A stretch of DNA of 62,966 bases, the filler included, from Octopus bimaculoides (lineage: Eukaryota): the NCBI RefSeq assembly GCF_001194135.2. It is 3 parts of 3 records of this genome, joined end to end, with 100 filler letters (N's around TTAATTAATTAA, not from the genome) between each part and the next. Parts side by side here need not be neighbours in the genome. Positions count along the whole stretch, not along the records: positions 29,362 to 49,453 come from NC_068996.1; positions 49,554 to 62,966 come from NC_069007.1; 1 more part is not named here. One strand, 5' to 3'. Below are positions 38,880-52,256 of this stretch, piece after piece. Made by a program: the position numbers and the translations under genes. Positions within the stretch are counted from its first letter, which is position 1, and each line of letters opens with the position of its first letter. Under the pieces are notes generated by a model. It made no database searches, was not told the DNA's origin, and saw nothing but the letters and a program-made list of their open reading frames with translations.

Positions 38880-39170
38880 CTCTGTTGGATTTGCTACATC
38901 AGTGTGTATGACCAAGAAAGCACAACTGTGTTGAGAGAAAAGGGCAGAAGAGGGATTAAATGTGGCATTTACGAGAAGAGAATTCGTTGATTTGGACATG
39001 TGATGCATGTGTGAAGACAGCTGTGTACAGAAGTACCTGTCACTGAAAGTGGATGGTACCTGTGGAAGAGGGAGACCCAGAAAGACATGGGATGAAATGG
39101 TGAGGACTGATCTTGAGATGTTGGGGCTCAAGGAGGAAATGACAATGAACTGAGATGTCTGGTGATATGT
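38880..39170 (+). pseudogene. RTE LINE 3' fragment
   Basis: RWFGHV...LKVDGTCGRGRPRKTWDEMVRTDLEML-like translation. Confidence 0.8.
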
Positions 39171-39764
39171 CCATTTTAGCAAAACTGAGTATTAGAAGCG
39201 TTGTGTCCCACCCACATGTAACAACAAACTTTTCACACACCCTACCCCAGGAAACTGAGCTACATCTCCTCTTCTAAACAGCATCTTTCTCTTCCTCACA
39301 TTTCCTCTTCATAAACTATGATTGTCTTCCAATCCCCTCACTGCCCTGCTCACTGTGTCACTACTTTCCCCCATCCCATTTTTATACCCAGGTTTTCACC
39401 AGCCACTGCAATCCCCACTCCCTATTTGCACCTTCTTGGCAATACCTGACCACATATACTATGACCTCCATGCTTCTTTACTCTACCATCACATCTATGC
39501 TCTGATACTTGTTACTTGTGAGTACTTCACCATTTCTATCCTGCTCTCTCTTGCACTTTTGCTGTTTCCCACTCTTTCTCTCTCTCTCTTTGCCTTGTCC
39601 TTCCCTCTGGCTGGGTAGCCATGTGTCTTCTCTACAGTAGCACACCTATTTCTACCTTCATTCTTTTTCACTCTCTCTCTCCTTCTCTGGTTTTTCTTCT
39701 GACAAGGTAACAAAGTATCTCGTTTACATCAGTACACCTGTTTCTATCCTCTTTCTTATTCCTC

Positions 39765-39949
39765 TCTCTCCCTCTCTTTCTCTTCTCTCCCTCTCTTTCT
39801 CTTCTCTCCCTCTCTTTCTCTTCACTCCCGCTCTTTCTCTTCACTCCCTCTCTTTCTCTTCTTTCCCTCTCTTTCTCTTCTCTCCCTCTCTTTCTCTTCT
39901 CTCCCTCTCGCTCTTCCTTTCCCTCTCTCTCCTGCTCTCTTCCTCTCCC

Positions 39950-39991
<42 letters not shown>

Positions 39992-39995
39992 CTAA
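39765..39995. repeat. ~19-bp pyrimidine minisatellite (CTCTCTTTCTCTTCTCTCC)n grading into (CT)n/(CTAT)n
   Basis: Directly visible, about 8 units. Confidence 0.85.
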
Positions 39996-40139
39996 CTAAC
40001 TCACCCCTCTCCCTCTCTCACTAGGTAACTATGTACCTCCTCTATTTCTCTGTCATACTCTATCTAACCTTTCATCCTCTGACACAAGTTCCCCTCCTCA
40101 AATGCTCCTGCTCCTCTCAAAATTCCTTGTCTTATGAGT

Positions 40140-40440
40140 TATTTGGTGACCCTACCAGTGCTGGTGCTACATGAAAAGCATCCAGTCCACACTGTAAAGT
40201 GGTTGGCATTTGGAAGGACATCCAGCTGTAAAAATCATGCCAAAACTAGCCTCACCTGTGCTAGTAAAAAGCACTGAATCTACTCTGTGGAGTGGTTGAT
40301 GTTAAGAAAGGCATCCAGCCATAAAAACCCTGCCAAAATAGACACAGTAGCCTAGGCTAGTTTTTCTACCTGGCCAGCTCGTGTCAACAGTCCTACCTAT
40401 GCATGCATGGAAGCTGGATATTAAACGATGATGATGATTG
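40140..40440 (+). mobile_element. RTE LINE 3' tail module, CpG-decayed
   Basis: ggtgctacatgaaaagcatcc...gtggttggcatttggaaggacatccagc...attaaacgatgatgatgat. Confidence 0.75.
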
Positions 40441-41439
40441 GTTCTGAAACTCCACCATCAACTACTTGATATCATGATGGGCTCCTTGGATTCAGCCAGA
40501 ATAACTAACCTGGTGGGCTTATTCCTCCTATTTCAAATTATTGAACACTTCCCTGAGTTTTATGGATATCTATATTAGGGATGACACTCTCTTTGTATCC
40601 ATTGGAAGCTCTAAGCTGGGCATTGAGCATACCTAGAAAGCTCTCCATAAATTCTTTAAAAACTATAATTTATCTCCTTTGAAAATAGCATTAGAATTTA
40701 GTTTATATTAACCCTACCATAAACCTAATGAATTTCTACTATCTACCTCTACAAGAAACCTACTGAATCCCTACAATATACTAACATCTATTCTAATTAC
40801 TCCAAATCCAGTTTAAATAGCAGCATCCAAGGTATTTCCATTAGAATCTCCACTTCACCATTGATGAAGACATTCTTAATAATCATGTCCCATACTACAA
40901 CCAGGCCTCCTGCACTTGTGGATTCTCTGAATAGATTTTCTGTGTCCTATATTAGACTGAAAATCAAATTAAGCTATTTATTCGTCATACTGATAGATAC
41001 CCTTCTACACTCATTAATCTTTCTAACTCCACTAACACCACACAGCATACTACTTCTGCCATTGATAGACTCCTTATGAAGTATGTAACCCTGCCAACCC
41101 AAAGGTTTGTTGCATTAGCAACCCAAGTGACTACTGTTTAGGGAATATGACCACCACAATTCCTGTGGCCATAATACTCCTAATGGTACTATAAATGTAT
41201 TCCTGAATGTAACATTCCTAATAACTACTATTATATCTAACAATATCTTTTTTGTAGTGAACACTGCTGTTGATTATCATAGTGCTAATCCTGGTAATGT
41301 AAGAAACCATAACCCCAGAGTAAATACCATCAGCACCAACTGTAATAAACTAGGTCCTTCTATCTACATTGGCAATAACCCTGATTTGCACCATACCAGA
41401 TGTACTTCCCCTCCCTGTCTAAATAACAGTGACACCAAG

Positions 41440-41760
41440 TGGTTCTATTAATAGGACTAATAAGTGTGCTAATTTTACTAACCATTACATGACTAATAAT
41501 TTACTACCTTTAACCCACTATAACAAAACATACAATTTCAGAGTACCTGGTAACTGTTCTTTGAGTGGTAGTTGCTTATGCCATAATGTTAATTATAAAT
41601 GTACTGTCATCACCTCACAGAACATTTTGGTAGCTTTATGGCACAAATACCTGATTCAATCATTTCCACTGTACATTACATAAAGAATAGTCCATGCTAG
41701 TTTTTGACATCACATGAAGTACTTCAAAGGCTTTCGATTGAAATTTGCTTCATATGACAA
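41440..41760 (+). pseudogene. Penelope-like element GIY-YIG endonuclease remnant
   Basis: YNFRVPGNCSLSGSCLCHNVNYKCTVITS resembles the CNCR...CPL.G.CL...IVYK..V linker preceding the PLE GIY-YIG domain. Confidence 0.6.
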
Positions 41761-42339
41761 AGATCTCATTCATCAAATGCACACTTGTGACCACCACAAT
41801 TTTCATAGTGAGTGTTTGCACCTCCTGTGCTGATTTATAATTTGTGTAACACTGTTTTGGTTCATTTTTATGTATTTTGCAATTTGTTGACATTTCATAG
41901 AGGTGTTTTCATGAAGAACTATAATTTTGACTCATTTCTTTTCACAATTCATTTTTCTGCTAATATCCCAAATTAAATTTATAAAAAAATAGATTTTCTA
42001 TTGTTGTTTGATATAAATTATATGTTGTCATGTGATAAATATGTTTTGTTTTTTTTATCATTTGTAAAACATTATCTCTACATGCAATGTGAAATTTACT
42101 AAAATGAAAGAAAAATACTAAAATGAAAATTTCATCTTTTTATGCAAAATTTTTTTCATGTATACTGTATTTATACATGCATAAATACTTACACACACAC
42201 ACGCACACTTTCATATATACACACACATTTGTGTATACATACATATCACCAATTAACTTTTCACTCCGCCCAAGTTCACAACCTTCAAACTGCAATGATT
42301 CATGTTGATAATGAAAAGTATGCCTAGTGAATTTGTTGA

Positions 42340-43240
42340 AATGCTTGATTGGAGGTATGTCAATGTGTGCAAGAGGTTCAAATTTTTCTGGGTAATAGTA
42401 GTGATGGGGTGGGTGATGTGGGTTTATTTGTGGCAGGGAAATGGATAGATAAGCTGATTGAGGTAGTCAGAGTGTGTGATAGGATACTTAAGCTGAGACA
42501 AGTCTTGGAAAACATGAGCACCATTTATCTCCACAAATGCTCTGCATACTGAACTAGCAGATGAAGAGAAGGACCATTTCTACAATGATTAACAACAAGT
42601 ATTGACAAATGGATTTCTTTGTGTACATCTACGTTACAGCTTTGGTTCAAGAAATGAGGCCGGAATAAAACTGCTGGAATTTTGTGACACAAATGACCTA
42701 TTGATCTGCTACACTAACTTCAGGAAACCAGCCAGTCACTTATCACTTATCAATCTGGTAGGTACACAACGCAGGTTGACTGTATCCTCATCAGAAACAG
42801 GCATAGGCAGATGCTTGTCAATGCAAAGTCTTTCCTTGATGAAGAATGTACTACCCAAATCAGTTTGATGAAGGAAGGTTTGGAAGCGTAGAGATCCAAT
42901 CAGACATTCTAATTGATTTGGTGGGAAACAGGGGAAATAGAGATATATAACAGAGGACAACTAGATGCTCTTACACCCCAGTGAAAGTTACAGACCAAAT
43001 CTGTATGTGGTACAAAATTCTAGTCAGACCAAGTGTGACTTGGCAGTGAAATGGTGAAGTAGACATAGCCATGAAAATGAAAAGATAGGCTTAGAAAGAT
43101 TTGAAGAATGGAGGTTGCAGAGAAATATACAGGTAATTAGAAGAGTAGCTAAGTGACAGGTCTTCCTAACAAAAGGAGAAGCAGAAAGTAAATGGTTTGC
43201 CAATATTCTATGTCAGGAGGAACAAAGGTATGAGGTGTTC
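42340..43240 (+). pseudogene. RTE LINE endonuclease-side fragment
   Basis: GDVGLFVAGKWIDKLIEVVRVCDRILKLR and YSFGSRNEAGIKLLEFCDTNDLLICYTNFRKPASHL. Confidence 0.82.
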
Positions 43241-43639
43241 CATATTGCAAGATAGCTATATGAACTCTTTTGATCAGATGAGTATCATTAAGAGGGCAGT
43301 TACTGGGTCTTTGAATTACAATTAGCGCCATCATCATGTCCATTAAGTTTGCTGGGCCTACATACATTGTATTGATTAACAATCAAGGTGAGGTTTTTGC
43401 AGCAAAAGCAGCTACTTTAGTTAAAATGCTATGGTACTTATGGACCATGAAAAATATCTAGATACTAAATTTAAATATTATTTTGTTACATTACTCCTGA
43501 CATTTATTCTAAATGTAGGGTTGAACCACAAGACCTTTCTAGGTCTTAATGACCTTTCTAGGTCATAATAAGTTTGCTTGAAGAAGTCCTTATTCCTAAA
43601 GGTGTCATTGTATCATGAAGAGGAATTGTTAAAAGTTGT

Positions 43640-43950
43640 TGCATCTGATGATGATGATGAAATGTTAATATGTTCTAAAATATGCAGGATGGGTGATTGG
43701 AACCCTTATTAATGTACTGACTAGTTTCCTGAAGTTAGTGCAGTAGATCAATATGTCATTTGCACTGCAAAATTCCAGCAGCATTGTTCCTTCATTTCTT
43801 GAACCAAAGCTGTAACCCAGAAGTACACCATGAAATTCATTTGTCAATCAACATTGAGGAAAGGGCATTATTGCAAAGGAGCATCATAGAAATGGTCTTT
43901 CCTTTCACCTGCCAGTTCAGCATGTAAAGCATATGTGAAGATATTACAAA
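43640..43950 (-). pseudogene. RTE LINE endonuclease fragment
   Basis: ORF 43665-43847: GYSFGSRNEGTMLLEFCSANDILIYCTNFRK, homologous to the 42.6 kb fragment. Confidence 0.75.
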
Positions 43951-44099
43951 GGCTGGTAGAATAGCTATTCATTAGGCTTACAATAAGGCCTAAAATTGTT
44001 GGATTGCAGGTCTAAAGTGATATCTAAACAGTTGACACTACCAAGGTTCATATCACCTTTAAGTTCATGCATAGGAAGAAAACAATAAGGTCCTTCCTA

Positions 44100-44440
44100 A
44101 ACCTATTGGGTTCATGTCCATTCATGTTGCTGGTAATAGGACCATCATTCAAATATATACCAACATCTAAATATGGGAATTATGTAGACATAATGTAGAC
44201 AGTTCAAAAAATATGCCCCTATCACCATGTATAATTCTGCTCCATCATATGCACCCATAGACACAGTGAACCTTGCTTTGCCATTTTTCTTGACCCAGGT
44301 AGAGCCATTAAGGACCAGTAATGATTCTCTGACATGTAAAATGATATTAATGTTTGAGCCACTGATAGATACATTAGCAAAATCCAAGACTTTAAGCAGC
44401 AGAGATCTTGTTGTTGATAAGTAAAAGTCCACGATATCAA
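44100..44440 (-). pseudogene. Penelope-like reverse transcriptase remnant
   Basis: IILHVRESLLVLNGSTWVKKNGKARFTVSMGAYDGAELYMVIGAYFLNCL matches the PLE RT motif F.V.MG.YDGAE.C.LVG..IL. Confidence 0.78.
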
Positions 44441-44519
44441 ACTGATTAAATTTACAATTTTGTTTATTGTTAGTATTCTTAAACAGACATGTTGTTGTCC
44501 CATAAAGAGAAGATCTATA

Positions 44520-45000
44520 ATATTTCTAACCCAGAGTAAAATGGAATCTAAAATATTTTTAGTTCTATTACTTATTTTGGCCTTGGAGAAATCAACAAAG
44601 AGCAGAACTGCATTAAGGTTTTTGGCTCGTACTCCTCCCAACATCCTCCTAACTGTGAGAATTTGACCAGATGCAGAGTGGTTTTTCCTGAATCCATTTG
44701 CAGTGCTCAACATCTCTTGGAGAGAGCACCCAACAAAACAACAGTTATATGGGAATGTACCGACTCTCTCATCAACCATCCAAGAGTAGAAATTGAGGTT
44801 TGCTGGTCACTGCTGGAGAAGTAAAGAAGAACTTGTGAGTAATGTGTTGCTGTGGACACCAAATCATGGTACCACAGTGACTGGAAGACCATAGAAGGTG
44901 TATATACAACAGCTTAAAGATGTTGCATACCAAGTTGAAGACCTAAAAACACTAATCACTAATGGAAGATGGAGGGATGGAGAGAGGTAGTCAGGCTGGC
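44520..45000. pseudogene. RTE-superfamily fragments in opposite orientations
   Basis: Minus 44520-44700: GFRKNHSASGQILTVRRMLGGVRAKNLNAVLLFVDFSKA. Plus 44707-45000 resembles the 3' end of the 8.5-9.7 kb element. Confidence 0.75.
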
Positions 45001-46209
45001 CTGAGCAATCAGCCTGACTGGATGATGCCTCAATTTAAAAAAAAACTTATTTTGGCTTTAGTTGTAATTATAAGCTTATATTTAGGGTTGCTCTGAAAAG
45101 TAGCTTTGTGGTCCTTAAGGGTAATAAAAGATTTTATTGTAACTTTTGATTTTTAAAAGGTTTCTTTTATCATTTATTGTATTCTGTTGTCTTATACCCA
45201 TGAGTATAGATGACTTATATTATTCTGCTTTTAATTCAATTTTGACTCACTTTTAATGTTTTCCTGTTAATTGCTTTTTATCCAACAAATTCCTGTTATT
45301 TTGAATAGTAATAATTCCCTGTTCAATCATCATTAATTGTTATTTAATGAGAAGCTAAATAATAATATACTTATAAACCATAGTATTATTCTAAATGCCT
45401 AATAATGGCTGTAAATGCATATCACTTTACATCCATTATTGCTAGAAATAACAGGCAAATCTCTGAAAAAATCTTTTATCCAAAATTCAGCTTTTGTAAA
45501 TTGCTCCCTTCCTATGTCCACCCTTTTTCCTGAGCCATAGATCTACATAAGACGTTTGTTCAGAGGGTACCCATCCTATGAGAAACACTGACATCTAGAA
45601 GACCTCAATGTGGTCTCTCAATATGCTACAAATAATAGCAATATCTTCCACAAACCATTTGCATATCCCATTGTCTTTCTTCTTGTTTATTTACTTTTTA
45701 AATTCCTTCTGGTTCCATTTCAACAAAGAAGATTCCGATTTTGGAAAAGAAAAGAAATATGTGGATGAAAAAGCAATCACATTGCAAATTTCAAACTTAC
45801 CCCATCCCTACCACTGGTTCAGAAAAAAAATTATTTTATTTTCACTCTCACCAATAAACCAATAATACATATATTCTGATTGTTCTGATTTACTTCCATC
45901 CTTGCATGTTCACAGATATCCAACATAATAGGGCATCATAAAATGCAAAATAGATCAAGAAATGAAAGGATACTAAGACATGTACACGTCATTGGATTTA
46001 AGTGGCAAAAGCTTGTACAACACTTTCACCACTCTTGCAGTTGCCATAGTAGGTTCCAGTGACAAGTAATGCAAGGTGACTGGCACTATTTTGACTGCAA
46101 GTTTTATGTCAGAGTATCTTTCTCCTAGAAAAGCTGCCTTCCCCATTGCTTTGTCAAAAATAATGGAAAATCCACCCTGGGAAATGTATTTAACCTATAC
46201 ATTCATACA

Positions 46210-46241
<32 letters not shown>

Positions 46242-47060
46242 CACATGCACACATACATACACAAACATAATTGTTATTTCAACAAAATATTCCGTTTTAC
46301 CTATAGCCCATTGAGAACTGAGGAGCTAAAATTTAGGAAGAATTTGTTGGAAGACTGTTTATTCACCATTGTGGTGGCAATTGCATGTTAGTGTGTTTTA
46401 TCGTTGAAGATCACCATCGTGTTGTCTGCCTGGCTGCATGTATAATAATGGAGTAAACTGGCAAACTTTTAACCTTTAATATATTTATTGATGGACATGT
46501 TTTACTACGTTGGCTATTTACAGAAGAAACATGCTGATCTATAACTACCAACTGGGAGGAGAGAACCCTGCTGTATCTTGTAGAAGGTTAGCTAGGGTAC
46601 ATTGTGTGTGAGTCTCCAAAGTCTTTTCTAACTTTATATGGTCAGTTCAAGTGTCAAAAGTGATCTGGTCTTAGCATTAGCCTTCTGTGAGTGCCCAAGG
46701 TTGTCTACATGAATGCCCAAATCTGTCTGACTAAGTTAGGTGCCAATCGGATTTTTGTAGGGTGAAAACAGGGTGAATTTTAGATCATCTGAAGAACCAT
46801 ATCATACCTCAGTATCATGCTGTTTGGTTGATTTATAAATCAATCAAGTGAAACTGAGGGGATTTACTCATAATCCGTAACTGAATGACTTGTGCTTGGG
46901 GTTCAAATCTCCACAAGATAATTTATAATGTATGCCAAGAAAGAAAGAAGAAAACAAATTAAGAGAAATCATACAGACATTCACACACACATACATGCAA
47001 GCATACACATGAGCACACACATACTCACGCGTATGCACACAAACGCGTGCGCGCGCACAG

Positions 47061-47124
<64 letters not shown>

Positions 47125-47540
47125 NNNNNNNNNNNNNNNNNNNNNNNNNNNNNNNNNNNNNNNNNNNNNNNNNNNNNNNNNNNNNNNNNNNNNNNNNNNN
47201 NNNNNNNNNNNNNNNNNNNNNNNNNNNNNNNNNNNNNNNNNNNNNNNNNNNNNNNNNNNNNNNNNNNNNNNNNNNNNNNNNNNNNNNNNNNNNNNNNNNN
47301 NNNNNNNNNNNNNNNNNNNNNNNNNNNNNNNNNNNNNNNNNNNNNNNNNNNNNNNNNNNNNNNNNNNNNNNNNNNNNNNNNNNNNNNNNNNNNNNNNNNN
47401 NNNNNNNNNNNNNNNNNNNNNNNNNNNNNNNNNNNNNNNNNNNNNNNNNNNNNNNNNNNNNNNNNNNNNNNNNNNNNNNNNNNNNNNNNNNNNNNNNNNN
47501 NNNNNNNNNNNNNNNNNNNNNNNNNNNNNNNNNNNNNNNN

Positions 47541-47700
47541 AGTTGTTGTTGGACCTGGGGAATGTTGTGGTTGGTCAAAAACTGCTGCACAAGCTGTGCT
47601 GAATGCAAGGGTACAGGAACAGAGGGTGAAGGGGGTGCACTTGCATCCCCTAAAATTTTGTGAGAGTGCAAAATTCAATATTGCACTTCTTACCTTTCTC
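47541..47700 (-). mobile_element. Mariner transposase fragment next to a gap
   Basis: HSAQLVQQFLTNHNIPQVQQ resembles the H.A..V..FL....I..V.QPPYSPDL region. Confidence 0.5.
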
Positions 47701-48999
47701 AGGTTTAGAAAACAAGAATAAAGAACTAAAATATATAAAAAGAAAACCCCCCAAATCCATAGAAGGACATATTACTGAACTAAAGCATCCTCAACATTAA
47801 AATTAAAATTATATATATATAACAACAACCATGGCCACTCCTCAATACTAGCACAATTGATGAACTGTTAAATCAAGAGCCCTTTAGCTATCCACTTTCT
47901 CATTTCTTCAAAATACCACAAGTGACCCATTATCATCATTGTCATTATGTTCTTACCACAACTAAGAAGCGACCACAACAACAAGACTAGCATTGGAAGT
48001 CACTCTTCAATACTAGAACAATTGATGACCTATTAAACAACACAGTCTCTAGCTCTTCTTCACAGTCAGGTCGCACAAATTTTTCTCAGAAGACCCATCA
48101 TCACCATTGTCATTCTACTCTACTGCTACTACCATTACCACTACTACTACTCCAGTTAGTGAAGAACCACTCCTTTCTTCCCCCACCTACTGCCCACTTC
48201 AATTTGAATGTATATTTAACAGTTCCATGATAAATCTGCCAACTGTAAATAAAATAAATTATGAACACACGAAACCCCAAAATATGCTGCTATTTTCAAT
48301 GCGTGAGACTATTCATAACCAGTGATTGTAGCTTCACCCATTTACCTGGAACAAGATGTATAATTTGCACAAGCAATGCCAGTCAACACCAAACCACACA
48401 TCTTACAACACCACTACCACTACTACATGCTAAATCACACTTAATAACTTCTACACATTTAATCTGGAATCCTAAAATCTGTTGCAATTCCTAACATGAA
48501 AGATTATGTCTGATGTGTGACTGTCCTTTCACTCATCTTCCAGGGACTCGATGTACTAATAAAGCATGATACTAAACCACAACCAAATCCACAGTAGAAA
48601 CATCTCTTACAGTGGCAGTGATAGTCCAGACTTAAATTGAAATCCAGAAGTCACCCAGATATCTACTGGGTACAATAGTAAAATCAATAACCACAAACCA
48701 TATAACTATAACCATATTCAGCAGTGTGACCATACCAACTCCAGACAACAACTCCCAAAACAAGAAATTTCTTTTATAGTGATGATGAATCTGGCAAAAG
48801 AAATATAAAAAAAACCCTTCTAGCTCACATACAGCACCAACCACTGCTATTACCCCAGTGCATGACCACACCATTACTGCCATTGATCCACAAGCACAAC
48901 TCAATAATAATGCTGAATGTACAAGGTCATTTACATTTCACAAATCAAACAAAAGTATCATATTTTAGAGACCTTGCACAGCAAGAGAGACCTTGTACA

Positions 49000-49330
49000 G
49001 CGAAAAGACAACATGTGCAGCACTAAGTGCTCCTGACCCCAGACATATTGGTTGTGGAAGTATATATGTACATATGACAGGTTATGTACTACTCAGAACT
49101 GACTACAGAATACAGAAACAAGGAGAAATAGTGATCTTCATTCAAGAAGACCTGGCAACAAATGTCCTCATCTCCCACTCCAACACAGTGTATTATATGC
49201 TAATAATGCATGTGATTGACCTACAGTCTTCCTGATACAGCAAACCATGGAGATCACAAAAGATGCTTTATTGCTCATACGTCAAACCATAAATGAGGCC
49301 AGCCCACAGGCCAATGTACTTTTAGCAGAA
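49000..49330 (+). pseudogene. CR1/L2-like LINE AP-endonuclease remnant
   Basis: HMTGYVLLRTDYRIQKQGEIVIFIQEDL matches GY...R.DR...GGV.IF(I/V). Confidence 0.6.
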
Positions 49331-49453
49331 GACTAATTTTCCTAGTCTCAGTCTTGTCAGTGGATTTGGTAGACAGAAATGAAGCCCATCGCGCACGTGC
49401 ATTGTGTTGTACATATACACACATGCATATATATATATATATATATATATATA

Positions 49454-49553
49454 NNNNNNNNNNNNNNNNNNNNNNNNNNNNNNNNNNNNNNNNNNNNTTA
49501 ATTAATTAANNNNNNNNNNNNNNNNNNNNNNNNNNNNNNNNNNNNNNNNNNNN
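49454..49553. other. Artificial 100-bp scaffold gap with TTAATTAATTAA linker
   Basis: 44 N, TTAATTAATTAA (49498-49509), 44 N. Confidence 0.9.
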
Positions 49554-50639
49554 CTTTCTAAAAAACACTTCCAGCTTTCTAGATACGGCTAATAGAGCTG
49601 ATGCCACAAACAACGTATGTGGTGGAATGTTTGCTTATAATAACTTGTATATGCACACATGAGAGTAAGGGGACATCCGAGTAAGGCTGTGCACATGAAC
49701 GCACACATATAGATGTGCAATGGAGTGCCTATAGTGACCTATCTATAATGTTTGTAGGCCTTTTGGGTGTCTTGTATTTTTAAGGGTTTTTTGACATATA
49801 TCTTTTTTATATTTTTGCATATATATAAGTTCAGCAAAACTTTTAGATTCAGATGAATATGCTACTTCAGTTGAGGCACCAGAATTTAGTACGGTATTAT
49901 CCATAAAACTTCAAAATAAGGGAATCAGAATCAAAATATATATATTAGTGTAGCAATAATTGGGTACCCTCCCAGCAGTATACTGGATAGATACTATCCC
50001 TTAGTGAGTTGTACCCCCAACCCCTAACTCTCTCACGTCATATATACATACATATATGTATATATGTAAACATATATACATACATATATATATATGTTTA
50101 TATATATATACATACATAAACATGCACATATATATATATATGAAAAAACATACATGCATGCATATATGTGTATATTCACATACACACACATATGTATATA
50201 CACACACACAAAAAAAAACTAGATTATAAGAAACACTTGTGTGTATGGATTTAAAATGTGAATGGGTATTTGAAACAGAAGTAAAGAATTTGGAGAGAAG
50301 TTGTGTATTTTTGCTTTGTTTTGAAGGGATTTTATAGAGAGACAGATAGAGGCATGTTATTTTTGAAATGGAAAAAGTTTAGAGAAAAATCATTTAAAAA
50401 GTAGGAGATTAAAAAAGAATAAAAAGATCAGGAAAGGTCATTTTTTCTTTTAAGGGGTTAGAATGGTTTCTTGTGAGAGATAATGAATTTTTAGAAAGGT
50501 GGCGGTAATTTCAATTATTTTTTTTAGCATTTTGTAGAAAAATGAATGCAGAATTATAAAAGGATTGAAAGTATGAAGTGAAAGCAATGAAGCTCCTTAA
50601 AAAAAAAAAAACTCCACATGAAGGATGGTAAAACTTGCA

Positions 50640-51660
50640 ACCAATGTGTGTAATTAAATAGCCCACAGAGTAAAGCACCAGGTTTTTGGTGAATTTTGGA
50701 AATGTTAGGTTTTTGTTACATGCAGGAATATTTTGTATTTGGTTATCCACAGAGTTTCAGAATTAAGTGATCCACAGTAAAAAAATGTAAATTCCAAGAC
50801 AAATTGTAAATGTCTAAATCCACAAAAAATGCTTCGTACTTCTTTTTGTTTTGGTAAAATCTAGATATAAGCAGCTGGCAAAGTTGGATTTACTAATCCA
50901 CAGTGAAATAATAGACTTTGTAATTCAACATAAAATGTTGGAGCTTCATAAACGCACCAGTAAACAGTGAATTCCGTAGATCCACAAGAAAATGGATAGA
51001 TTTGTTAAGGTATGGAGAACAATGTGAATTTGGTATTCAGCAAAGAAATTCAGGAATTGGTAAATCCATAGAGAAACGTAGAAGTTGGTAAATCCATCGA
51101 AGAATTGTTAGATTTTTGTAAATTTAAAGAGAAATATGTCAGATTTTCTAGTCTACAGAGAAATGATGGAATTACTTGATAAGCATCAGAAAATATTACA
51201 TTTTAAAAATTTATGAGTAGCATTTAGAAACTGGTAAATCCACAGGAAAAATGCTGAATGTCTAATTTACAGAGATATGAAGGATCTTTTTAGTAAACAA
51301 CAGTAAATATTGGAATTCATAAATCCAGAAAGAAAATCTAAGAAGTTGTTGAGTCCACTTGAAACATGCTAGATTTTTACTAATTCACAGAGAAATGATG
51401 GATTTCACTGGTAAACCACAGAAAATATTGGATTTATAATCCACAAGTAGGGTACAGAATTTGGTAAATCCACAAGAAAATTGCTGGATATTGTAATCCT
51501 TGGAGTAAAAAGGTGGATTTTGTGAATCCACTGAGGAAAAATCTTATTTTTGTAAAAACAAAGAATTATAATTGATTTTAAATTAATGGGGAAATCCAGG
51601 AATGATTTTGTTCTTTTATAAATCCATAACATAATGATGAACTTTGTAAATCCAAGTTGG
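50640..51660. repeat. Highly degenerate ~28-30 bp tandem repeat
   Basis: Core (gt)aaatccacaga(g)aaat recurs at roughly 30-bp multiples, more than 17 recognisable cores. Confidence 0.65.
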
Positions 51661-52256
51661 AAAAATTTTCTTTCCTTTTTACATTGGTTTTATATTTTCT
51701 TGGTTCTTTATAAAATACTTGTCTAAATTCAGTATTTCTAATGCATTTAGTGTTTGTGTATGCTCCAGCATGGCCACAAGTTACTGTTTGGAACAAGTAA
51801 AAGTGTCATGTATTGGTTGAATAAGCATGTGTGAATATTTCTCTGTTACGGATGCATGTGTATGTGAGCTTCTATTGGTGTATTTGTGTATATGTTTGTA
51901 GGATGTATAATCAAACATCTTTCTGCTCTATTCTAAACACACATTGTCATACGACAACTAAAAAATGAGACAAAGACACCAAAATAATAGAAAAAAAGAA
52001 AGAAAAACTCAAAATCATAAATCCCTTGGAAAAATTATTGAAATTTGAAAAAAAAAAATCACAACAAAATAACTAAATAAACCACAAGTTAATTTGAATA
52101 AAAAAAATACCTCACTGACACACAAAAAATAATTAAAAATGAAAAAAAACCTTAAAAATAACGATCTCCGAATAATTGCTGGTAGAAGATGAGAAACAAA
52201 GCAGAAATGAGGAGAAAAGAAAAAATTGCATGTGTTGAGCCCACAAGAATACTTAC

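Noticed and set aside
40500-41300. Minus-strand SAGGLVVVW resembling the GALNT AGGLF motif
   Set aside because: Context lacks TMAGGLF and downstream motifs and contains stops. More likely decayed LINE endonuclease sequence.
45484-45575. Candidate GALNT exon 5 (tttctcatag|GA TGG gives G-W)
   Set aside because: Continues GWVPSEQTSYVD rather than GWLEPLL and stops after about 30 codons.
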